The notes below the pieces were generated by a model. It saw only the letters and a list, made by a program, of their open reading frames with translations, searched no databases and was not told the DNA's origin. Below, one piece after another: positions 10,438 to 19,539 of a stretch of DNA of 20,413 bases (the first letter of the stretch is position 1; the number at the start of each line of letters is the position of its first letter). The stretch comes from Malacoraja senta. Lineage: Eukaryota. Position numbers and translations under genes: made by a program. The stretch is from contig JAXLNO010000081.1 in NCBI GenBank assembly GCA_038087875.1, forward strand, positions 186,001 through 206,413, read 5' to 3'.

Positions 10438-12488
10438 TGGCTTTTCAATATAATGTACTCTCACAAAGAGGACATTGAAGATATTTCAGTCATTACGCTG
10501 GATGCAGAGAAGGCATTTGATCAGGTAGAATGGCAGTATGTATATAAGGTACTCCAAAAATTTAATACGGGAGATAATTTTATTAGATGGGTTAAACTAC
10601 TTTATGATATACCTACGGCAAGAATATTAACTAATAATATGTTATCTCCAAAATTGTATTTATCAAGGGGTAATAGGCAGGGTTGTGCCTTATCACCATT
10701 GCTATTTGCCCTTATGATAGAACCGCTGGCTGAAAGGATTAGAAATCATCCGAATATTCACGGATATAATACCAAGGACTCAAAGAATAAAATTTCATTA
10801 TATGCTGATGATATTCTTTTATATATTACTAATACACAAACGAGTATCCCCACCTTATTAACACTAATTGAGGAATTTAGTTCTTTTTCAGGATATAGAA
10901 TAAATTGGAATAAAAGCGAAATTATGTCTTTAAAACCACAGGATGCAGAACACTTATTAAAATTCCCTTTCAAAATTGCAACAGAAAAATTCAAGTATTT
11001 AGATATTCAAATTACGAGAAGACACAAATCATTATTTAGCGCCAATTTTATGCCACTATTAAATAAACTGAATGTTATGATTAAGTTTTGGGAAACGCTC
11101 CCACTCTCATTGATAGGTAGAATTAACGCTATAAAAATGACTTTCTTACCACAATTAATATATTTGTTTCAAGCGATCCCAATATATATTCCGAAATATT
11201 TTTTCAAAAAACTAGATCCTAATATCACTAATTTTACATGGGATTATAGAGTTCAATAGAATTCAATGAAAGCATTTGTGTAAACCTAAAGAAGTTGGGG
11301 GTTTATCACTACCTAACTTTACGTATTACTACTGGGCAGTGCATATTAAGAACATAATGTACTGGTTGGATAGTTCCACTCACCAGTCGGAGTGGATAAG
11401 AATGGAGAAAGAGGAGTGTTTCCCGTACGATATAGGAACGATCTTGTTCTCACCGATAAAATTGAATAGTATAATATATAAGAAGAACCCAATTATTCAC
11501 AATACAATAAGAATTTGGAAACAAATAAAATTATCCTTGAAATTAAATAATCTATCAGTATTAACCCCAATACTGAATAATCCTGCATTCAAACCATTTC
11601 TTATCGACAAAACATATAAACAATGGGATAGACTGCGGATTAGGAAAGTAGGAGATATGTATGAATTGGGCAAATTGTTATCATTTCAACAATTAAAATT
11701 AAAATTTAAACTGAATGATAATCAATATTTTAAATATATACAGATATGTGATTTTATGAAGAAATATATACATAGATTTCAAACTATATTTTTAGACCAT
11801 TTAGAAGAAACAATGAATATTAAGGCTGATTCACAAAAACTAATATCATATATTTCTAATAGTATATTAAACAGAGAATTACCCTCAATAGAGGCACTAA
11901 GAGAAGATAGGGAACATGAACTAATGCTAAAGATCCCGAAAGATAGATGGGAAAAGTATCTGATGAACACACATAATTGTTCCATTAATGCAAGACATAA
12001 TTTAATTCAATTTAAATTATTACATAGACTATATTATTCAAAAACGAGGTTGAATAAATTCTACCCAAACGTCTCTCCCAGATGCGATAAATGTTTGTTT
12101 CAAAATGCCAATATAACACATTCATTTGTAGGATGTACAAAGTTGAATAAATTTTGGAGCGATATATTTGATATATTTACAAAGCTCTTCAAGTCAAGAA
12201 TAGAACCTAATACGGAATGGATTATATTTGGAATAATAGTAGAAGATATCAATTTAAACAAAGACCAAAAAGTATTCTTTAATTATGGGTTAATAATTGG
12301 AAAGAAATTGATACTTAAATTTTGGAAAAATACAGCTATACTAACTATTAAAATGTGGATTAGGAATATGACGGACATAGCACACCTTGAAGAAATGAGA
12401 CTCCGCCTAAGATAAATATGACCAATTCTTAAGGAGTTGGTCCCCTTTCATCGACTTTTTGGAATCATGTGATGCAGCAGTACCGTAA
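10438..12488 (+). pseudogene. L1 ORF2 C-terminal part (RT plus zinc knuckle), frameshifts near 11253 and 12410
   Basis: ORFs 10453..11259 and 11276..12415. The likely true C-terminus DKYDQFLRSWSPFIDFLESCDAAVP* is read from 12411-12488. Confidence 0.9.
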
Positions 12489-12824
12489 AGATTATTGATT
12501 TCAGGTCAGGTCGTGGATAGATTTACATCTCCGAACAAATATTTGAAAAATTCGTTTTTAAGGGTCTTTTTCTACTATTTCTACTTTCTACTTTTTTCTT
12601 TTCTTATATACACACTTCACGTTTTTCTATTTTCTACTGTTTATTTTTCCTCTTTTTCTTCTCTCTATTTTTTTTATTTTTTTTTACCTCCTTTTCAAAA
12701 ACATAAAACTAGAGGTTGTACATAGAATGTATTACGTTATGACATAGTTGGCACCTAAAATTAGGTACCACTGTATTGTTTTGTATTGTATTAACTTCTA
12801 ATAACATTAAAAAAATAAAAAATA
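10438..12824 (+). mobile_element. 5'-truncated L1-clade LINE (fish-type) inserted in the 41-bp satellite
   Basis: 15-bp TSD AAGTACAGTGCAAGG at 10423-10437 and 12825-12839. RT motifs LDAEKAFDQVEW, GNRQGCALSPLLF, LYADD, GYRINWNKS. C-terminal C-x2-C-x8-H-x4-C. T-rich 3' UTR and A-rich tail at 12809-12824. Confidence 0.95.
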
Positions 12825-13735
12825 AAGTACAGTGCAAGGCTAACAACTCATTTCATTTTCATTTCAATCACAGTGCAAGGCCAACACACTCATTTAATTT
12901 CCATTTCAAACACAGTGCAAGGCCAACAAATCATTTAATTTCCATTTCAAGCAGAGTGCAAGGCCAACAACTCATTTCATTTCCATTTCAAGCACAGTCC
13001 AAGGCAAACAACTCATTTCATTTCCATTTCAAGCATGATTCAAGGCCAACAACTTATTTCATTTCTATTTCAAGCACGGTGCAAGACCAACAACTCATTT
13101 CATTTCCATTTCAAACACTGTGCAAGGCCAACAACTCATTTCATTTCTATTTCGAACACAGTGCAAGGCCAACAACTAATTTCATTTCTGTTTCAAGCAC
13201 AGTGCAAGGCCAGAAACTCATTTCATTTCCATTTCAAGCACAATGCAAAGCCAACAACTCATTTCATTTCCATTTCAAACACAGCACAAGGTCAATAACT
13301 AATTTAATTTCCATTTCAAGCATGGTGCAAGGCCAACAACTCATTTCATTTCCATGTCAAGCACAGTGCAAGGCCAACAACTCATTTCCTTTCCATGTCA
13401 AGCATAGTGCAAGGCCAACAACTAATTTCATTTCCATTTCAAGCACCGTGCAATGACAACAACTCATTTCATTTTCATTTAAAGCACAGTGCAAGGCCAA
13501 TAACTCATTTCATTTTCATTTCAAGCACAGTGCAAGGCTAACAACTAATTTCATTTCCATTTGATGCACAATGCAAGGCTAACAACTCATTTCATTTCCT
13601 TTTCAAGCACAGTGCAAGGCCAACAACTAATTTCATTTTCATTTCAAGCATAGTGCAGGCCAACAACTCATTTCAAGCACAGTGCAGGCTATCAATTCAT
13701 TTCAAGCACAGTGCAGACTCACAGTGCAGTTCAAT
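12825..13735. repeat. 41-bp satellite array, right arm (about 20 units plus shortened terminal units)
   Basis: Same unit and register continue after the L1 TSD; units shrink to about 30 bp after 13658. Confidence 0.97.
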
Positions 13736-13989
13736 CACGGCGTAGACTCACAAGTCTGGACTCAACTCTCACTCACGTTCTTCTAATGACTGACTCACGT
13801 CTGGCCTCCGGGGCTTTATTCTCCTGATCCCCTGGAAGGGGCATGACCTTCATCATGGTGACAGGCAGGCGAGAAGACCAATGAGCTTTTTTATTATTTC
13901 ATCGATCGGAAAAAGACTTGGGGCGGTTGGAGGAGAGGTGGACGGTGAATAAGATGGCGAAAAAGATGAGACTTTAATAATAGTATAGA

Positions 13990-14438
13990 TAATTGAAAAA
14001 GCTGTTCAACAGCTTAACAACTTTTTGTCACTAATCAACTGTTTTGATGTCTTCCAGTCAGGTTTTCGACCACACCACAGCACCGAGGCCGCTCTTGTTA
14101 AGGTCTTCAATGACATCCACTTAAATACAGACATTGGCACCATTTCAGTCTTAGGATTACTGGATCTCAGTGCTGCATTGCACATGGTCGACAACACCAT
14201 ATTTCTGGACCGATTAGAAAACTGGGTTGGACTTTTGGGCACAGTACTAAACTGGTTTGAATCTAACTTAAAGAACAGGATGTTGTGTCTACAGGTAATT
14301 ACACATCAGAGCATGTGGAGTTCCCCAGGGCTCCATTCTGTGGCCTAATCGGTTTAACATCTACATGCTCCCACTGGCTCAGATTATGGAAAACAACAAA
14401 ATAAGTTACCATCATTTGCAGACGACACAGATTTACAT
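13990..14438 (+). pseudogene. L2 ORF2 segment 2 (RT core)
   Basis: IIEKAV..FDVFQSGFRPHHSTEAALVKVFNDIHLNTD..LLDLSAA..; ggagttccccagggctccattctg (GVPQGSIL); gcagacgacaca (ADDT). Confidence 0.9.
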
Positions 14439-15381
14439 CGAGGAGGAGGAGCCATCTTGGGGAGCGGCTGCTAACCAGCAGCCGTCCGTTTAAATCACTT
14501 TTTTTTTAACAGTTTTAGTGAGTCTCCGTTTTGTTTGCAGGAGTTATTCTACTTTTTAATGTTGGGTGAAGGGGGCAATGACATTTCTAGGTCCCTACCT
14601 GGTTGGTGAGGCAGATTTTTCTCCGGGCTGCCCCGTCGACCCGTCCTCGTGGCCTACCAGCAGGCCTGGAGCGGCGTTTCCTGGCGGGGACCGCCCTGCA
14701 CCTCGGCTTCGGTGGCGGCACAGCGCTGGAGCGCTGTCGCGGACCGGAGCGGGCGATGCCTTGCCTGGGTCGCCGCGCTGGATCGACGCGCTGGAGCTCC
14801 GGTGAGCTGTGACCGCCAAGGTCAACACCTCCGGGCTGCGGGACTGCGGAGAGGATCGGGCGGTGCCGACTTTAACATCGGGAGCCTTGGAGCTCCAAAC
14901 CGTCGCGGCCTTGTCGGCTTCGGTAGCTGCGGCCTCCGGTGAGGAATGCGGCCGTTCCAGGTGGCCCAGCCGCTGTGAGGACTCTCCCGACGCCGGGGCA
15001 TCATCACCCAGGAACATCGGGCCTCCGTAGAGGCAATAGCGGAGGCCTCAATAGGCCTGACTTTGGGTGAACTGGGGTTGGGGACTGGACATTGTGGGGG
15101 GATGATTTTTGTGTGTTGTGTCTATGTTAGTCTGTGTCCAAGATGGCGGTCGGAGGGGAGAGTGGACGCTGGCGCAGTTTAGCTGCCGCTGCTCTCTCCT
15201 CACATTGTGTTTCTGATTTTCTTTTTTGTGTCTTTGGATTGAATTCTGTCTTTCATTTGTGTATTGGTGATGTCTTTATAACTTATTTTACCCCGATTAT
15301 TTGTTTCTTTATTAAACTCTGTAAGGTGTCCTTGAGACTTTAGTATAGGCGCCGACAAATAAAATGTATTATTATTATTAT
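14439..15381 (+). mobile_element. GC-rich non-autonomous retroelement with L2-type tail (copy B)
   Basis: Interrupts L2 codons att tac at|a acc ata tca cca. Ends gtaaggtgtccttgag..aggcgccgacaaataaaatgt(att)n. Shares the module gactttaacatcgggagcc with copies A, C and D. Confidence 0.8.
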
Positions 15382-15701
15382 AACCATATCACCAGGGGTC
15401 TATGGACCAATGCGAATACTGAGTAGGTGCATCGAACAAATCAACGATTGGATGTGTCAAAACTTTCTTCAATTAAATGAAGACAAAACTGAAGTGGTTG
15501 TTTTTGGAGCCAAAGAGGAACGATTAAAAGTCAGTGCTCAGCTTCAATCGGCAATGTTAAAAACCACGGACAAAGCCAGAACTCTTGGTGTAATCACGGA
15601 CTCAGACCTGAATTTCAACAGCCACTTTAAGACAATTATCAAGTCAGCCTACTATCACCTTAAGAATATATCAAGGGTTAAAGGACTTATTGGATTTGGA
15701 A
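15382..15701 (+). pseudogene. L2 ORF2 segment 3
   Basis: ORF 15410..15715 [58 protein letters not shown]. Confidence 0.9.
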
Positions 15702-17150
15702 GTGAATTATTGTGAAGTGGAAGGAAAATGATACATGTTTTTCAAATTTGTTTACAAATAAAAAACTGGAAAGTGTCACATGCAAAAGTATTCAGCCCCC
15801 CTGAGTCAATACTTTGTAGAACCAACTTTTGCTGCAATTACAGCTGCAAGTCTTTTGGGGTATGTCTCTACCAGCTTTGCACATCTAGAGACTGAAATTT
15901 TTGCCCATTCTTCTTTGCAAAATAGCTCAAGCTCAGTCAGATTGGATGGAGAGCGTCTGTGAACAGCAATTTTCACGTCTTGCCAGAGATTCTCAATTGG
16001 ATTTAGGTCTGGACTGACTGGGCCATTCTAACACATGAATATGCTTTGATCTAAACCATTCCATTGTAGCTCTGGCTGTATGTTTAGGGTCGTTGTCCTG
16101 CTGGAAGGTGAACCTCTGCCCCAGTCTCAAGTCTTTTGCAGACTCTAACAGGTTTTCTTCCAAGATTGCCCTGTATTTGGCTCCATCCATCTTCCCATCA
16201 ATTCTGACCAGCTTCCCTGTCCCTGCTGAAGAAAAGCATCCCCACAGCATGATGCTGCGACCACCATGTTTCACAGTGGGGATGGTGTGTTCAGGGTGAT
16301 GTGCAGTGTTAGGTTTCTGCCACACATAGCACCTTCCTCCACATGTTTGCTGTGTCCCCCACATGGCTTGTGGCAAACTGCAAACGGGACTTCTTATGGC
16401 TTCTTTTCAACAATGGCTTTCTTCTTGCCACTCTTCCATAAAGGCCCAATTTGTGGAGTGCACGACTAATAGTTGTCCTCTGGACAGATTATCCCACCTG
16501 AGCTGTGGATCTCTGCAGCTCCTCCAGAGTTACCATGGGCCTCTTGGCTGCTTCTCTGATCAATGCTCTCCTTGCCCGGCCTGTCAGTTTAGGTGGACGG
16601 CCATGTCTTGGTAGGTTTGCAGTTGTGCCATACTCTTTCCATTTTCGGATGATGGATTGAACAGTGCTCCGTGAGATGTTCAAAGCTTGGGATATTTGTT
16701 TATAACCTAACCCTGCTTTAAACTTCTCCACAACTTTATCCCTGACCTGTCTGGTGTGTTCCTTGGGCTTCATGATGCTGTTTGTTCACTAATGTTCTCT
16801 AACAAACCTCTGAGGCCTTCACAGAACAGCTGTATTTATACTGATATTAGATTACAAACAAGTGGACGCTATTTACTAATTAGGTGACTTCTGAAGGCAA
16901 TTGGTTGCACTGGATTTTATTTAGGGGTATCAGAGTAAAGGGGGCTGAATACCTTTGCACGCGACACTTTTCAGTTTTTTATTTGTAAAAAAATTTGAAA
17001 ACCATGTATCATTTTCCTTCCACTTCACAATAATGCACCACTTTGTTGGTCTATAACATAAAATCCCAATAAAAAACATTTACGTTTGTGGTTCTAACGT
17101 GACAAATTGTGGAAAAGTTCAAGGGGTATGAAAACTTTTGCAAGCCACTG
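15702..17150 (-). mobile_element. Tc1 DNA transposon (IR/DR type, Passport/PPTN-like), defective
   Basis: Intact TIR of about 210 bp at 16941-17150 (minus strand starts CAGTGGCTTGCAAAAG), flanked by TA at 17151-17152. The opposite TIR survives only as its inner ~100 bp (15702-15799). The direct repeat tgcaaaagtattca occurs at both ends of the intact TIR. Confidence 0.93.
15806..16773 (-). pseudogene. Tc1 DD34E transposase pseudogene
   Basis: MKPKEHTRQVRDKVVEKFKAGLGYK..GRPPKL.. with a stop at 16489. A deletion near 16330 removes WSDETK (first catalytic Asp). Then [27 protein letters not shown](fs)PDLNPIE with D-34-E spacing, ending GSTKY*. Confidence 0.93.
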
Positions 17151-17388
17151 TATCTTCAGGAGACTTGACTACAGTGATGCTGTCTTCACAGGTCTCCCTA
17201 AAAAACGATTAGTCAGCCGCAGCTGATTTAGAACACTGCTGCTCGAGTCCTCTCTGATATCAAGAAAGTGGATCACATCACTCCAGTTTTTAGGTCTTTA
17301 CACTGGCTTCCAGTCTGTCAAACAATTGATTTTTTAATATTACTGTCGGTTTATAAGCACTGAATGGTCTAGGGCCAAAATACATTTC
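17151..17388 (+). pseudogene. L2 ORF2 segment 4
   Basis: IFRRLDYSDAVFTGLPKK..NTAARVL..KKVDHITPVFRSLHWLPV..ALNGLGPKYIS. Confidence 0.88.
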
Positions 17389-18050
17389 AAGTTCAAGTTC
17401 AACATTTATTGCCACATGCACCAATTAAGGTACAGTGGAACTTGACTTACCATGCAGCCATACAAAGAAAATAATATAACATGAACATCCACCACAGTGG
17501 AATCAACATTCTTCACTGTGGTGGAAGGCAATAACTTTCAGTCTGTCCTCCTCCTTTGTTCATCCGTGTTTGGGGCCATGAACTCTCGGCAGTCGCCGCT
17601 ACGAAAGGCCTGATGTACTGGCCCTCTCGTCGGGATGCTCGAAACTCCGACGTTGGGACAGACGAACACTCCGCTGGTTGGAGGTCCCGAATCAGCCGCT
17701 TCCTACCAGAGACCGGGGCTTCACGATGGTATAGGCCGCAGGCCGGTGGTTGGAGCTCTTCTCCGGCGAACCCCGGCAAGGGATCCCAGACTTCACGATG
17801 AAAGTCCACACCGTGCCCGCGGCAAGAAGCTCCGCAGACAACGGCTTCAGGATGTTATAGCCCACTAGCCAGCAATAAGAGTACTTCTGGCGACCCCCGG
17901 CAAGGGTTCGCTCGCTCCATGATGGAAAAGCCCCTACCCCCCCACACTAAAACACACTTAAACACACTAAAACATACTTTTAGACATACTAAAAAAAAAA
18001 AAAAGTGTAAAGTACGAACAGCTACTGGCGAGGCTGCCGCCACCCATCAA
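17389..18050 (-). mobile_element. GC-rich non-autonomous retroelement with Rex1-like tail (copy C)
   Basis: 5-bp TSD ATTTC (17384-17388 and 18051-18055) restores L2 PKYISDLL. Minus-strand tail cactgtaccttaattggtgcatgtggcaataaatg(ttgaac)n. Head and 3' region align with copy A. Confidence 0.85.
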
Positions 18051-18273
18051 ATTTCTGATCTTCTGCTACATTGTGAACCATCCAGACCTCTGAGGTCATC
18101 TGGGACAGGTCTGCTTTCTGTCCCCAGTCAGAACTAAACATGGAGAAGCAGCTTTTAGTTTTTATGCACCACATATATGGAACAAACTTCCCGAAAAATG
18201 CAGGTCCGCTCCAACTATCAGTTCTTTAAAATTGGGGCTGAAGACTTTTCTATTTGATGCTGCTTTTAATTAA
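18051..18273 (+). pseudogene. L2 ORF2 segment 5 (C-terminus)
   Basis: ISDLLLHCEPSRPLRSSGTGLLSVP..KHGEAAFSFYAPHIWNKLP..LKTFLFDAAFN* (TAA at 18271-18273). Confidence 0.9.
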
Positions 18274-18487
18274 ATTAAATAATTATTCATTTCTTACACT
18301 GCACTGTAACGTTTATTCTTGTATTTTGTACTTGTTTTAATCTGTTTCAGCTTGTTTTGATTTTTCTATTCTTTTTAATGACTGCTTTTAATTGCTTTTG
18401 ACTGCTTTCTAATGCTTTGTGTAAAGCACTTTGAATTGCCTTGTTGCTGAAATGTGCTATATAAATCAACTTGCTTGCTTGCTTGCT

Positions 18488-18867
18488 GGAGACCGATTTT
18501 GAGAGCGGTCGCCTGCGGACTTAACATCATGGAGCCCGCGATCTCTGATCAGAGACCGACTTCGGTAACTCCAAGCCATTAGAGCTTCGACCGTCCCGAC
18601 GCGGGAGTTCCGATCGCCCCGACGCGGGAGTTTCGATCGCCCCGACGGATGGTTTGACTGCCCCGACCGCGGGAGAATAAAGAGGAAGAAGATTGGACTT
18701 TTTTGCCTTCCATCACAGTGAGGATTATGGGGAATCCGTTGTGGTGGATGTTTACATTAACTTTTGTGCAGTTGTCTGTTCTGTTGCTTTTTTTTTAATA
18801 GGCTATATGGGTAATTCACATATCACTGTACCTTAATTGATACGTGACAATAAAATACCTTTGAAAC
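18488..18867 (+). mobile_element. GC-rich non-autonomous retroelement, 3' part of copy A
   Basis: Contains the gcggacttaacatcatggagc module, 23-bp repeats (18582-18674), gccttccatcacagtgagga and the tail cactgtaccttaattgatacgtgacaataaaa, followed by the CTATT duplication. Confidence 0.82.
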
Positions 18868-19172
18868 CTATTAAACACTACAACCTCAAATAAGTTCTGA
18901 ACTATATAGACTATTATTGTTTGCGAAGCAACTGCAGATGCTGGAAAATCGAAGGTAGACAAAATGCTGTAGAAACTCAGCGGGTGCAGCAGCATCTATG
19001 GAGCGAAGGAAATAGGCAACGTTTCAGGCCGAAACCCTTCTTCAGACTATTATTGATATTATTGCACTATTATCTTTTGTTTTTTATGTGCACGTATGTG
19101 TGTACTTTTATTTCTCATATATTATATTGAACTATTTTTTAATCATTTATTATATTGTTTACAGAGTACTAT
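18868..19172 (+). mobile_element. Rex1/Babar LINE, right part (ORF end plus AT-rich 3' UTR)
   Basis: Rejoining gives ..FFPTTIRLLNTTT... The UTR is interrupted by the 18920-19043 insertion. Confidence 0.7.
18920..19048 (-). mobile_element. Short Penelope-like-derived element with a hammerhead-ribozyme-like core
   Basis: Flanked by the direct repeat AGACTATTATTG (18908-18919 and 19044-19055). Minus strand reads CTGAAGA-A-GGGT-TTCG-GCCT-GAAAC-GTT (19045 to 19018). Confidence 0.65.
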
Positions 19173-19216
19173 GGTTGCAGTACCAGGGACCCGGGTTCGA
19201 TCCTGACAACAGGTCC
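19173..19216 (+). mobile_element. SINE head fragment
   Basis: cagtaccagggacccgggttcgatcctgac contains B box GGTTCGATCC and matches the head of the SINE at 1119-1475. Confidence 0.6.
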
Positions 19217-19437
19217 TGACAGATATAATCATTATCATAAACATAATAGGGGCTCATGTTGTCGACCTCCCTGTGGTGAACCCTGTCAACTGACCTCAGA
19301 CAGGCGAACGACAACCAACAGAGACAGCAGAGCCAAAGTGGAGCATGCGCCCTTTTTAGAGCGGTGCAGCTACAGATGTCTAACCGGATTGCATCACCCT
19401 GCTGCAAACTTCTGCTGCCTCAAACGCAAGAAGTAGA

Positions 19438-19539
19438 TAATCATAATAGTACTTTATTAATCATAATAGTACTTTATTAATCATAATAGTACTTTATTAA
19501 TCATAATAGTACTTTATTAATCATAATAGTACTTTATTA
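19438..19539. repeat. 20-bp perfect tandem repeat, 5 copies, forming the tail of copy D
   Basis: (tcataatagtactttattaa)x5; each unit carries AATAAA on the minus strand. Confidence 0.97.

Larger units (their letters stand above)
8787..13989 (-). mobile_element. Non-autonomous Helitron (rolling-circle transposon), 5203 bp including nested L1
   Basis: Minus strand starts TCTATACTATTATTAAAG (from 13989) and ends TGGGACCC-AAC-GGGTCCCA-cagt-CTAA (8813 to 8787). It sits between A8786 and T13990 with no TSD. Removing it restores L2 codons agt aaa ata att gaa aaa gct gtt (SKIIEKAV). No RepHel ORF is present. Confidence 0.9.
6874..18487 (+). mobile_element. L2-clade LINE with near-complete ORF2, about 3.4 kb after removing four nested insertions
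   Basis: APE endonuclease motifs LLNVRSL, LTETWL, IYRPP, GDFNIH, SDH. RT motifs NYRPISNLPF, FQSGFRPHHSTEAAL, LLDLSAA, (F)[39 protein letters not shown]. Tail gtaaagcactttgaattgcc..aatgtgctatataaat plus (CTTG)n. TTGCT occurs at both ends (6869-6873, 18483-18487). Confidence 0.93.

Noticed and set aside
9725..13456. Long ORFs with repeating QGQQLISFPFQAQCKANNSFHFHFKHSARPTT peptides (9876..10478, 12776..13456 and others)
   Set aside because: These are translations of the 41-bp satellite, giving the same peptide in all three frames. The frame continuous with the L1 RT has a TAA at 10351, so there is no long satellite-RT fusion ORF.
8981..13735. 30-bp and 41-bp arrays as a possible CRISPR array next to a reverse transcriptase
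   Set aside because: Units are head-to-tail with no unique spacers, the context is eukaryotic, and the RT is an L1 with a TSD and A-rich tail.
14566..15030. Several overlapping ORFs in GC-rich elements (also 17513-17868 and 19537-20122)
   Set aside because: Stop codons are scarce at high GC, the ORFs are not conserved between related copies, and no domain motifs are present.
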